A stretch of DNA of 64,000 nucleotides from Balanoglossus misakiensis (Eukaryota; Animalia; Hemichordata). The DNA lies in the NCBI GenBank assembly GCA_040954595.2, contig CM082576.2, positions 6,761,129 to 6,825,128 of the forward strand. The letters are read 5' to 3'. Below the pieces are notes generated by a model that saw nothing but the letters and a program-made list of their open reading frames with translations, did not search any database and was not told the origin of the DNA. Position numbers and translations under genes: made by a program. Positions within the stretch are counted from its first letter, which is position 1. Each line of letters opens with the position of its first letter. Shown one piece after another: positions 12,701 through 26,264 of the stretch.

Positions 12701-15700
12701 AAGGAGAAGAAACCGGACAAAAAGGTCGTCCCGTCCGTGGACGATTTGTTGAACATCGAAAGCGACATCGGCACGGAGCCCGCGGTGCCGAGTTTCGTGT
12801 CGGCGTCTCCGTCTCTCAGCTCGAAAAACGTGTCGTCCAACGACAGCATCCCCACCGCAGTGAACCAGCCACAACAAGATCAGCCGGCGCAGAAGACGGG
12901 AACGCAAGAAAGCACAGAGGACACCGACACGGCGCACGACGAATCCAACGATTCCGACGACTCCTGGACCACCACTCACGGTATATTCAAGTTCAAAATC
13001 AGTGAATTCCCGAAAGCCATGCAGCTACTGCATTCATTCTTGAAGGTAAGATTTAAATCTTAACATAATTTCTCTCAGATGTCAGCTGATGTTTTCTTTC
13101 GTATAAATGCAAATGTTGAATGTTCTTGTGATCTGAAGTGCATGACCCTTGCATGAAAATCAGCAATGATTTGTAGTGATGTCAAACTTGACCCCTTTTT
13201 CCTGTTTTTCTGTAGTTTTGCATGGTTTCCTCACCTCCCGCATGTACCCAGTAATGCATCCACTGAGATGTCATATGACACTGCCAAGCAGGTCAAAGGT
13301 AGAGTTTCACATATTGAGTTGAACTTTCACAAAATCATGCCAGTTTGTAGTTTGAATTACCGGGTAGCCACTGTGTATAAACCAATTTAGCCTGTTATGT
13401 AGGTGCAATCTCCCATATCATAGAAAGATGTATGGATATGTGCCATTCAACAGGTCCCATTTGTACGCGTATGTCACATTTCAAAATTACAGGAATTGCC
13501 GAGGTATGAGGATCCTGATATTCTGTTGCACATCGTGAGCTGTCTCAAGGTTCTGTGTCTCAACGCTGAATGTCTGCATAGAGCATCAAGGGACCACATC
13601 GGATTCCTCATATGGCTACAAGAAAATCTTCTCATCCCAAAGTAAATATTCATACATTGTTTATGTTGCTTCCTTTGATTGAAGGATAGTGCATCTGTAA
13701 GAATGAAGATCAATGTCATAATCATTAACTTTTATCTAGATGTATTGATAATGGCTTAAGTTCAACAAATATTTTCACTATATGTGTTAAATGTGACATT
13801 TTCAGTTCCTATGTGTTACAAAAACATGCATATCATTGCTACTTTATGAGTGTGGGAAGGCTAATTACATTTTACCACTGTCTTTCTCTACAGTTTCTTG
13901 AAGCTGCTACATGCTGACATATCACACGTGGCCCAGATACTAGTCCCTCTGATATTACACTGCATGGCTCTACCGGCTGCCACTGATGTCTTCTGGGATT
14001 TAGTCGACAAGGAGTTCAACAGTGATAACTGGCAAACCAGATTCAATGCAGGTAAACTTTGAGTCTCATCACAATTTTTTTCCAGTCTGTGTCGTACATA
14101 CCTCCTTTTTACATGCGCATGTCAATCATCATACCTGACAAATGTTCAACTTCCGTTTTTGTAACTCACAGTTGAGATAGTCACAGTGCTGTCCAGATTT
14201 GTTGAGAAGAAGATGTTTGCCAACAATGCCCTGATCATGTCATCCCTGGCCCACGCATTCTGTTACCTGATAAGTTCGGTGGACGATCTGTGTCCGTCCG
14301 TCTCTGCCAAAGCTGTGCTGATGCTGGAGAGCATACGTCGTAAATCCTTGAAAGTAAGTCGGTCAGTTGTGTTGGATATCAGTTGGTGGCGAGAGCAGTC
14401 TCCGTCATTTCAAGAGATGGCTCTCTGAAATTCATCACATGTACCAGTTTACCAGCTGATTATTCTTCCCACCTTCCGTTCATTACGTTCATATTCAACA
14501 GCTGTATTCCCTTGACCAGTTTACCAGCTGATTTCTCATTTCATCACATTTGCTGAATTTTCATTGGTTATTTCATAGCCAATGAGAATTCAGCTTTCTG
14601 ACAGTCAGTCTCCACAGAGGGATTCACTGATCCATTGGTGAAGTAAGTGTTGTGTACTGCAGAATCACCTTCATGAATTTAACACCTGGCTGTTTCATCT
14701 GCAGGCCTTGGTATCGAGTCTGGAATTCCAGTGGGACTCCGTGATTGATGATCGGCCGATGATTCTACACCACATCAGCCTTCTCCATCACTTTGTCCCG
14801 GAAATCCATGCGTTGTCTTGGGAGTTCTTCATGAACAGGCTGGACACTGTGTCCCTGGAAGCACAGGTCGATCTGGAGCAGAATAAGGAATTTCCCTTTC
14901 CTGTTGGTGAGTGGATTGCTTGTTTGGATGACAGTGTTGATTTTAGACGTGATCTGTTTATTCCACAAAGCTAGACCACACTAATATATTTTTGTCAGTT
15001 ATATCAATTAAATGCCACACTCAGCGAGAATTAAGATGACTTTTCCACCAAGATACAATGGGTGCACGAAAAAGAACAATGTTCTTGTAGCTATATTATC
15101 TGAGAACCCAGTTGATGCAAAGTGACATTTGACACGGCCACAAATCTGACAAAATTTGTTCTACATGCTAATCAGCACAGAGTGCAACAAAACAATGGCA
15201 AGCAAGGGGGAAATGTGATAGTACTGTTAGCTTCAATCTTCAGACGACACTAACTATATATGCATGACGTCCCAACATGCTGTCAGTATATAGTGAAAGA
15301 AGGATACACATTACAAATTTTTTACTGTTACAGACATGAGCCGTTCTAATGCCGGACTGATGGATCGCAGCGAGGCGTTCATGCGGAAGTTGAACCGGGC
15401 CCGCTTCGCTCGTTCCCGTTCAGAGAGCATCCGATCGCTGAGCAACACCGCCACAATGAGGCACCAGGGAAGTCCCAACCAGAGGGATTACAAGAGAACA
15501 GTCTCTATGCCAAGCAACATGATGACCAAGAGAATCCACAGACAATCTGGTAGTCATCACAATAAAGTTTTGTTTGCGTTTTAGTAGTATTGTTTTGTTT
15601 TGCACTTAAATTTCAGTGTTTACATTTTTTTTCCAAACTCTGTCAATAGCATTAGTTCCATTGAAGTGCAAATGTACACAGTCTACAGTTTTGCAGAATC

Positions 15701-18700
15701 CGTTGCTTGAGGGCGCTCTTCATGACCCGCCAGGCAGTAAAGCCTAAAGCCAATTCCCTTTGATGTTGACAGGTGAAAAGTCCACGTACAGCCGGCAAGT
15801 GTCCGCTCCAGCCATGCATGTGTCGTGTCTCGCTGACATGATATTTGCCGACGGCAACTTGAAGGGCATGGAGGAGGAGCACTGGTATCCGGAGGTTCCC
15901 ATGGAGATTGATTTGTCATCTCTGGATAAAGAGACAGTGCATCAGTTGATTTTTCTGATGATGAAGGTTAGTTATTTTGGTAAATTTAGTTGTTCTGTAA
16001 AAAATAACTTGTCTTTACTTGTACTTAACACTTTCCTTGTTCCTGTTGTCAACAGGACAAAAAAATGTTCTCAACATGTAACTGTATTTTGGGACACTAC
16101 TGTCATGTCAGCCAATAAATTTTCAGACCACAGGGTTTTTTCTGTCGCTTTGTAAGTGATCACTTTGGAAAAAACAACAATAAAGAAATGTTCATTTTAT
16201 CATCACTTCCATGTCCAGTTTATGACGAAGACCGACATTGAAGACAGTCAAGATGAAAGATTTGCTGGTAAAGCCATGGTGAGTCATCCTAGAATAAATG
16301 TAGTTCTGAAATTTCATAGTTTAGAAGAATGGTATATAATTGGTCAGGAGGAAAACTAGAGTCGTGTTTAATCCGTACTGGGATTTTCAGTGAATTTTGC
16401 TGTTCTCGACATTAATAGATTTGGCAAGGATGCCTAGTGTAAACCATGACAACTTTTTCTTATCACAGACCACTGTTCTGAGACATCTCATGGTGTTGCT
16501 AGGATACAACCAGTACGAGAAAGCATTTACCCTGTCTCCCCATCAACTGCGACAGTCAGCTGCTTTCTACGCAGTCATCACAGGACTTCCAAAGGTATGG
16601 AGTACCAGTACAAAAAGAGAGAGAAGAGATTATAGTATGGGCCATGTTGATCAATTACATTTTGCCATATCATATTCGCTTCCTGTTATTTTGAAGTATC
16701 ATTTCACTGTGAGGAATGTTGCCCAGATCAATATGTTTGAGTAATTTTCGGATTAGTGTGAGATCATATAGAAATATGAATGATACAAAAGTATTGGATC
16801 ATAATATGAGAGAAAGCCAATTTCATCTCTAGTTACATTTTTTAAATTCTACTTTTGTATTTCAGGTGCTGGACCATAATATAAAACTTGGAACACAGTT
16901 GATGGTGCTGACGTTAGATTTGTTGAAATACTGTCCCTCCCCTCAGAAATCCCCCCATGATTTCCAACCGGTGGATTATACCTTGTGGTACTTAGAGCCA
17001 CACACAAGACAATCTTGGCTGCTTAGCCTCTTAGTCATTCTCTACAAGGTAAACAATTCTGTAGTTGTAACTGTGAATGTTTAATTTTGCAAGCTCTACT
17101 AATCTACTAATTTTTAAAACTTTCCCCATGGCATTAGTGTTTTGATATTCATTGTCATAATTTGCAAAACTTAAAACATTTAAAGGTTTTAATGTACGTT
17201 TTGGCTTGATTAAATGATAATTTGTCCTCAAATATTTCTTTTCAGTATCGAATTGATGTGTCAACCGTAAGCAAACAAGTACGGGACTTGGTGCGAATCA
17301 CCATAAACACCATAGATGAACAAGTACACAGATGTAAACCCAAGAAGCCAGAACCACCACAGGCGGAAGATATCTGGGGCGCCACCAGTCCCGCTTTGCC
17401 ATCACAGAAAACAGGTACCATCAATATTCTGTGCTCTTAATGAAACATGTACATATTTGTCGAGATTAAATGTGACTGCTTTGTATACTTACTTAAAAGG
17501 GCTATAGCTGGTCTTATGAAGTCGCAAAATGTATTGTCTTCAGTGAGCGAGACATAAGTTGACTATTTAAATTTCTTCCGAGATGATTCTGTTGTTTTGG
17601 AACGAAACATTTTATGTACTGGTTAGTTTTGAATTTTTTGGGGGTAATCTTTATCTTCTGTTGTTTTAGAATGACTCAGTTGACAGATTGATTCATTAAT
17701 TGATTGATTAATTGATTGATCATGAATCCTTTTAAAGAAATTTTTAATACTCTATATACTGGTACTCTGTGCCTAACTGTAAATTAATTATCAAGCATAT
17801 TCTTTTTTTGACACACTTTATTTCAGATATTATTGAGGAAGAGGGATCCACTGTAGACTCAGATTCCTCACCCCAACACAGTCCAACTTCTCCTCTGCTG
17901 GAGTCAGAGAGCACTCCAATACAGCCCTCCATCATCAGTGGCACTCTCCCAACCGCCACCACCCCCAGGGAGGGGGCTCCCACCAGGAAGGACGAGTCCA
18001 GCGGCATCTTCTCCAAGATCTTCTCCAAGAGCAAAGACGACCAGAAGACCAAGTCGCTGAGCAGCAGTTGGAGCGTGGGCGACCTGCGCAAGCAGAACTC
18101 GGGCAAGATGGCCAAGAGTATTTCGTACAGTGGTCTGGGCGGCAACGGGAAAGGCGGCGGCGGACAGCTGGAGGAAGGCAGAAAACTGCATCGGTCCTCG
18201 TCCGTGGTGCAGTCGAAACACCACTGCCACGGTCTGCCCGGATCGCCCGTCATCCGGGAAGAAGACGAGGACGAAGACGAAGAGAACGACGAGTCGGAAT
18301 CGCCGAGGCCGGAGCAGCCGCTTCTGATGAACGCGGACGACCCCACGCCTCTGGTCAGCATCGACGATTTGACCAGAGATCTGCTGCGGTCATCGCAGCT
18401 GACCAATCACAGCGCAGATTTCATCGTCGGAGCGGAAGACAGCTCGGGGTCGGAGGCCGGCCAGTCCAACAGTCCTCCCCAAGAAGTGACCACCCCCCAT
18501 CCACAGCCGCAGCATCAACAACAACAGCATGAAAGCACTCCGATCCCCAGTGACAGCATGGACGAGAAGAAGACTCCGGAGTCGGCCAGGACGTCGGAGA
18601 GCGAGTCTGAACACCCCAAAATCCACCCCAAATTCCGCAACAAGAAGGCCCGCAAGCTGGGTCTCAGCTCGGTGGTTGCCCAGAAGCTGGCCCTCGGCGG

Positions 18701-21700
18701 TGAGAGACAGCAATCGAAGCTGGCCCTGTCCAAGAAATCGCACCGGGGCTCGCAGAAGGACAACGAGCGGGGCAAGAAAGATGGTGGCGACAGGAAGTCG
18801 AGGAGGCACAGGGGCAGGTCCAAGAGACGCACGTCCAAGACCAAGGCAAAACGTAGCAGTGTCTTCTCGGCTGTTAGACGGTTCCACGATGATAAAAATG
18901 TGGTCATGGCAAACAGGTCAGTAATTTTGTGTTTTTCAACAGAAAATTCATATGTTGAGGAGATGAAACTGTACTAACTATAATGAGCAAAAAATTTAAC
19001 TATTCAACATGAAAAAAATCCAAACTGATCATTAATAGTGATACATGTACTACCACTAGTTCGTGGAAGTTGACTAATATGTCTCCATGTATTTTGCATT
19101 GACTAGGTGTTCAGAATGTGGTGCCTGTCTGGAAGAGTACGATGAAGACACTATATCGCTGGCCATAGTGGTCCTATCTACATTCACGCACAGAGATCCA
19201 GCACAGGCAGCGTCTTTGCTGATGGATATGTTCACAGTTGTTGGAAGGTGAGCTTCTCTGATGAATGAAAAAAAAAAACATTTGTAGGAATGTGTGCAGT
19301 GTTGTAGATACGTTCTTATGGTCGATACACCTGACGAAAATGTATTTATGCAAGGACTTTCTTCCATTTTGTGTCAACATCATTTATCAGTGCTTGAAAT
19401 CAATACCTTACTCCCAAAATTCTGTATGCTAGCAATGAATGAAAGTTTTAGGGGATAGGGGTATAGTGTTGAGTGTGAACTACCAAGAACTGATTAATGC
19501 GTTCTCTTGCAGAGTTGCTGGCTCCACCTTGTATCCATGGCAGACTGATAGGTGAGTAAAAGTTGATAAGGTTGCTTAGGATACCATGACCACTCACACT
19601 GTAGTGAGGACCATTCCATCACCAGTGGTTTCCCCATGTGACAATCACTTCCATTCATGTCTCCACAGCCTGACAAACACCCCAGCAAGCTCCATCACTG
19701 TAGCCAGGCAGTTTTTACGGTGTACTTTGCATCAGCTAGCTCCGCTTGGTATATTTCCACAGCTGTTTCAGACCAGACTGGACGGTAAGTTCAAGAAATT
19801 GGCACTGGTGTCCTACAACTAGCTTTCTTTAATGAAAATAATTTCATTCTTTTCTTTTTTTGTTCTGATCCAAGCCTTTTGTAAACTGTGACATTGATTT
19901 TCAGACGTTGATTACTTTTCAGATCCTTACTTCATGAAGACTGTAGCAGCATCGTTGACAGATTTCAATGAGCTGAATCCGACCGCTCCAATCACTTACC
20001 TTTTAGAGGTGAGTGTTTGTCAATGTAGAAATGAACTTTTTATGGAAATTCTCGGGCAGGGAAGATTTGGACATTATCAGAGATGAAGTTTAGCTCAGAA
20101 AAGGATTGATAAGTCAGTGTGCTGTTGTCATGACAACAATTTTTCCTCCTCTTCCAGGGTCTGAATAGCAAGAAAACTTTGCCAAATCCACAAATTTTGA
20201 CCATTTTGAAGAACCTGGCTGACTACATGGAATGTGTTCCCACGGAAACAGCCCCTGTCTGGGCCAACGTCTTGCCGCTGTTCGAAACTTTCTTCAGGAA
20301 ACTGTTGGGAAGCCTGCCAGATTATGTAAGTTCATATGTCTCTTCTAGGCTTGGTTAGCATAACAATCAAGGTTTTGTATTTCTATTATAATATCTAAAT
20401 AAAAACCCGAAAAATAGATATAGGCTGTGTTAATTAAGTATCTGCATTTTATCACAACATCATTTAAAACTCTGAAACCAGCCTGGAACCATGTGTCACA
20501 GTCCCATTGTGTTCAGTCTTGTGGTTGGAACCCCGGTACATGAACCAAGAAATAGGGTTGAACGGGTGAAAATTCTACAACACCTTGTGACATTCCACAT
20601 CGCTCTGTTCCTTTCTCCCTCCATTTCTTTCTTGCCACAGTGTGATATGACATCCACGTTCCGCATCATCATTTCGCTCCTGAAGACGCCCGTGTCCAAG
20701 AATCTGCAAGCCCTGTTGGATCCTGCCTCCAAGGTGCTGAGTCAGTCCATACAGAAGTGCAGGTGTAAACTGCAGCACATTCTGGACATGTGCATGACTT
20801 GTCATAGAACCTTCACCAAGGTATGGCTGGTCAATGACGTGTATGCACAGAATGGGGTCTGAGTTACAGGTCACTGAAGTGGTCAAGATATGGCATCACA
20901 GCAACTGACCAGTGGCTCAGTAAACTAATTCAGTTGTTAAACTGTGTGTAACATGCTACAGCCTTCGTAGAGCCTGCAACAAATAGAAAATCTTTTTTTG
21001 TCTTTTTTTAAACAGGAAAGGGATAAACTATTCCTGACAAGAACAGTAGTGTTGGAACTGAGTGCAGCACTGAAATTCAAAACGTCGCTACCCGACGAAA
21101 ATCTCTTGATACTAGTACAGTTTGTTTTGCTGGACGCTGGTGGCAAACTGAGTGAATCCAACATATTGGAGGAAGAGATTGGAAGCTACGACATGAAATC
21201 ATTGGTCAGTACCAGAATTATGAATGTCAGAAATTTGCGTTTTTTCTAAGTTACTCCGTCCTCCTCATCATGAAGTTATCATACTGAAGAGTGTTACTCT
21301 GCCTGATGTTTGCAACAACACAGTTCTCAGCAGCAAATTTGTGTCATGTAAAAAAGTTAGCTTCCAATGGAACTTATTATTGCTTTCAAGCATTATGCAT
21401 CAGAAGTTTTACTGTCTTGTTTTGTTTTGCCTTATGATTGTCCAGGGCCCAACTGGAGCAGCAGATTGTATGAAACAGAGCTTGAATGATGCCTTGGAAT
21501 TCATTGGTGACCTTCACACTCTTACCAAAGTCAAGGTAAGTTTTAACAAACTTATAGTCACCTAGTCAGATGGTTCACATATGCCCATATAAAAAGGGTG
21601 TGTCTAAGTCTTCTAATGACCATGTGGTTGGCGCAATTTTCCTTTCTAATGGCCACCACAGTCACTTAATTTCTCTTCAAGTACATGTAGAACTATGTCA

Positions 21701-24700
21701 AGGCAGAACATAAAAGTTATAATATTTTCTCTACACTTGACAGAACAATATGAGAGGAGGATCGCAGAATCTGAATGAAGACACTCTGGGTAGTCACCTC
21801 AAAGCTGGCATTGCACAGTTCATTGCATTGGAGTTCACCTACGCTAATCAACGTGACACTAGAGGCATCAATCGCTACCTGCCGTGGTTGTATCATCCTC
21901 CGTCAGCCATGCAACAAGGGTGAGATGATGATATTGACTTCATAACAAGCATATTGAGAGTTTTGTACTATTTCATAACCCCTTTAATTATGACTTTTTA
22001 TCACGATGTTTCAGTTAGCGTGGGGACTATCTTTCAACATTCACAAGATATCATGACCTTGTGAAGATTTTCATTCAGGAGCAACTATCTGAGCAATTTA
22101 GTGATATTGATAAACAAGTTAGTTAGTTTTGTTGATAATGATGCTCAAACGCCTTTCTCAGACTGTTGGCATTAATTACACACAGACATACCGTACACAT
22201 ACACACATCACAAATACCTACTCCACATCTCCAGACTCTCTACCACTTAATTGCCAGCATCTGTTGTTTCACTTCACAGACCCAAGGAGTTCATCGACTG
22301 CATCGCCCACATCCGCATGCTCTCCTGGCTCCTGCTGGGATCCCTGATGCACACGGCCATGTTTGACGACTGCGTGGACAATGCCGGCGTCAGCTGCCAG
22401 CCCATACCCCTGGAGGCCGGTGTCCACATAGCCGATCACATGCTGGTCATTCTGACGGGATTTGCCGAGCAGTCCAAGGCGTCCGTGCTGCACATGTCAT
22501 CGCTGTTCCACGCATTCATACTCTGCCAGGTAAATATTAACGTCAGTTTTGTCTCAATCCTCCTCACAAAAAATTTGGTGTATTGTACAAATGATTTTCT
22601 GACCTTTCAATTACGTTCAATATTTTGCCTCATAGTTAGAGAGTTATTGCTTACTATGAATGGTTATGTAAAGATGCATGCAGTTTCATTCATAATATTT
22701 TCGTTATATTTTGTCAGTGTTTAATGTAATATTACAATGAAAACTCGGCTCAAAACATTTCTTGTGACCTTTGACATTGTATTTCCCTCGACAGCTGTGG
22801 ACCATGTACTGTGAACAGAGTGCCTGCAGTTGCCCCGTGAACTCTGACCACCACAATGTGGCCACCTTGACCATCATGGACTTCTGGGGACGAGTCACGC
22901 CGGGATTGTTGCAGCTTCTGTCACATTCCAAAGTGGTAAATTTTTCTGACCCTCAGGTTTTCTTCCCGACCCCCCCCCCCCCCCCCCCCCCCGACCCCTG
23001 CAGTATGTCTTGATCAGAAATTGGGGTATTCTTAGGATAGAAAATGCCACTAAGGAATTTTTTTTTAATTAGCTAACTTTTGCTGAGGATCAGTGTTCAT
23101 ATTGAATGTTCGCACAGGCAGTGAAGCAATGCAAACAGGGGGTACATCAGTGTTAGCAGTTACACAACTTTGCAAGTAGCCCTAGATTTCTTCTATTGAT
23201 CATATCGGGTGTTTGAGGCATTCTGTCTAGAAATGGGACAGCTATTTAATCTTGACCAGTGTAAAGAAGTTCAACAGGCTCTTGAAATGAGCAACATTGT
23301 AATAGTTTTTACGATAAGAGAATGGTTTGCCCACTTCATCACACCTGTAATTGGGAAATTGTATGCTTGTTCAGCAAAGCCATGATGAAGTGGAATGCAA
23401 AGTCAGTCATGACCTCATCATCATTTCACCTGGTCATATCAAAACCAGCGCTTTTCTGTCCGCTGTCTCACAGCCCATCCAAAAATCATATCAAAATGTG
23501 AAACGTTTCTCAATTGATCAGTTTGCCCCACTGATTTCATTCACAGACCAACATCCACGAAATGAAAACACATGAACAGAAAATGGCCACAAAAATGTGT
23601 ACTCATTGGTATCACTTTGCTTCAAATAATCATTAACCATCAACTCAGCAACTTTTTTTACACTCGGCTTCTGTTTCTATTTTCATCTAACTCCTAACCT
23701 TTTCCATATTGTGTTTTGCGACTTTTTTAACTCTTACACCACTGGCATTCACAACTACTTATACTTATTTACTCTCTGTACTCACAATGACATATTCTTG
23801 GCATGTCTTTCATTGCATTATCGCTGCTGTCTAGGAACATTCTGGAAAGGAGGTAATCTTCCTGTCTCTCTTCTCCAACCCCCACCCTCCCCCTCCCCCT
23901 CCCCCTCCCTCCCCCAACACACACACCTGTTTCATTTCGTTATCATTTTTCACCGTTACTCCATCATCATTGCCAGTGGTTAAGTGCATCCGAAATTGAC
24001 TCACACCCTCTCATTTAATCATTTTTTAATTTCGTATTTAAGTTTATAGTCTGTCCACACTCTGAATCATCATTTCATGGGTTTTTTGAGTTGTTGCCGA
24101 AGTTCACCTCAAACACCCCTATCTGCCCCCCCCCCCCCCCCCCCGTATGCTCCCCTGCACTGATCTCTATACAGTTTGATATCAGAAGTGGAATTGTCTG
24201 AGAAAGTGGCATTTTGAAATTTTTTCCACCCAATTTGTGAGGCAGTTGTGCAGTCAGTCAGTCACCCACAAGACACAGGAATATTGAGCAACAACAATTG
24301 ACATTATCAAAACTCTGATCATGTCCTCTTTTTGTCATCCAATCGTGTCAGCACCATGACATCATTGCACATCTTCAGCCCAAAGCATAAATATTACTCA
24401 GAGTCTCGAGCACAGATTGTGGAAAAAAAATAAGATGTTGGATATCTGTTAACTCACCTCAGTTTCCCCCTTGGCACTTGACAAGCATGCCTCTCTATAT
24501 AAGGATATGTTAAATATGTTGTTGTGTATTCTTTACAGCTTGCTGAAATGGTGAATCTTCACTTCCTGGGACTGATGGAAGCCTTAGAAGAGTGCAATTC
24601 ATCGGTACTTTCTAAGGTAAGTCATATTCTGAGGCGGTGCCTTTAATAGCATTTTCAGGACATCTGAACCAGAAACTGCAGTGTGCATTAACTTGTACTT

Positions 24701-25154
24701 GTCTCACCTTTACCTCTTTCATTCACAATGTATCATTTTGCTTCCAGCTTTTCCCCTTGTGGACTCCAATTCTCTACAGTTATCATGCACATGTAAGTAT
24801 TGCATGAGATTCTCCATTTTGTATATTGGACTTGCTAGAGTTATGTAGACATTTCATTTTCAGCTTCATCCTTTACCGGGTATTAGACTTGTACCGTACT
24901 ATTTTTTAATGTATAATGTTCATCAATTTCATCAGTGCAGTAAGTTTTTTTTCTCGTTTTGTTTGCAACAGCTTCCAGACAGCATGCACGTACGACTGCA
25001 GACGGTAGAAAACTATCAGCCAGCAGATCCAACCAAAAGTGAGGTCATGTCGTACAGGTCACAGGTCATGCTGAAGTGGCTGAAGAGGTTGCAGTTCAAA
25101 CTGGGTCAAATTGAAATCCAGTCGTCAGCTGCAACTCAGTTTTATACAGTGTAA
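6741..25154 (+). CDS. UNC79: UNC79 (NALCN channelosome subunit), complete multi-exon gene
   Basis: Exon 1 (6741-6762) splices to 7423 to give MSTKSEQFSAKIRTLHDYQNRLLHNINPVPIGNEIANTLKYF, the recalled UNC79 N-terminus. Internal motifs include DLLCVIAYGP, PAVQLLFHYWP, ILSRYGVWMLV, PHPPEYAKVGGHW, RCSECGACLEEYDEDTISLAIVVLSTF, HIRMLSWLLLGSL and SVLHMSSLFHAFILCQLWTMYCE. The C-terminus is LKWLKRLQFKLGQIEIQSSAATQFYTV* (TAA 25152-25154). Confidence 0.95.
23835..23852 (+). CDS. UNC79: Candidate 18-nt alternative microexon of UNC79 (EHSGKE)
   Basis: ctag|GAACATTCTGGAAAGGAG|gtaatc, phase 0/0, between exons ending 22935 (..SHSKV) and starting 24539 (LAEMV..). A 184-nt AG-free zone lies upstream and YCAY clusters lie downstream. 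Confidence 0.65.
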
Positions 25155-26264
25155 TTTGCTGGCTTGGCTGCAGAAGCTGGTTTTGTACACTCACTGTACA
25201 GTTAAGCAGAACTTTCGGCATCACAAGTTTGATGGTAGAGTTAGACATGTTCTCGAAGGTGAACCTTCAGAGGAAATCCACACATCTGACGTGTCTGTGT
25301 TAGAGTCCCAATCTCATGATTTTCAGCATTAAACATTTCGCTCTAGCTAATCATGAGAAAAAAACGTGAGTTTAGGATTACGGGCTAGCAGAATGTAGCC
25401 TATACATGTATCTTGGATGTTCAAGAACACATGTTTAGAACTTTTATAAAAACTGATTGAGATGATAGCGTGTAGCTCATGTACTACTGGTCCCATTTTG
25501 TGATACAAATTTACCTTTCACAGAAACCATCAAGATAGTGAACACCATGCTGTATATTATAAAAATGGTGGCTTCATATTTAAATTGTTTCTTCCGTTTA
25601 TTGTATATCTACTTGCAGGATATTGGGCTGTCTTCTTGTGTAAAATCATAGAATGCAATATATTGTTCAGAAGTGAAACTGACCTAATGCAGTGATCTCT
25701 CTAGTAAAATGAAAACTATAAATTCCCAACTATAATTGTCCATATATATGTGACCACATCCTTACCAATGTTAGTGTCATATTTTGTGTGGTCTGTTTAT
25801 TAATTTATTTCAAACAAAATATTTGATATATGATGTACCAGTGAAGCATGGATATCTTAATAAATTATGCGTATGCTGGTGTAAAACTGGAGTGAGGTAT
25901 TTTATTTTTTTACCGATGCCCAGGATAAGTTAGAGGAATCTGGCTGTCCTACTGTGTTTATCTTTAATCTGATCTTGTCATGCCAGATAGGAAAACAAAG
26001 TTTGCTTCAGGAAATTGGTGGAATATTGGTATTTATATAGCATGTTGGGACAGTCAATTGGCCAGAAAAAATAATGGGAAAGTGTTTAAAATCATAGAAA
26101 CAGCGACATGGCATAATCAAAATAAATCATGGAGCTCTGGAAAATAAATAAAATGCACAGAAAGAAAAATATTTCAAGACAAAAGACGACAAGTTTGGAA
26201 AAAAAAACCCTATTTAATCTGGTATTATTCTTTTAAAACAAAGCTAGAGAAATGCAAATTGAAT

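Noticed and set aside
13216-13300. Possible cassette exon in a UNC79 intron (tgtag acceptor)
   Set aside because: In the required phase 0 it hits TAA after 12 codons, with no frame-preserving donor before it.
15689-15772. Possible extra exon or 3' splice extension (VLQNPLLEGALHDPPG) in UNC79
   Set aside because: Read-through meets an in-frame TAA, and the candidate donors would leave an intron under 40 nt.
12388-18924. Long overlapping and antisense ORFs over the large UNC79 exons (similar ones occur at 52661-53465)
   Set aside because: These are shadow ORFs caused by GC3-rich or CAG-rich coding sequence that lacks stops in other frames.
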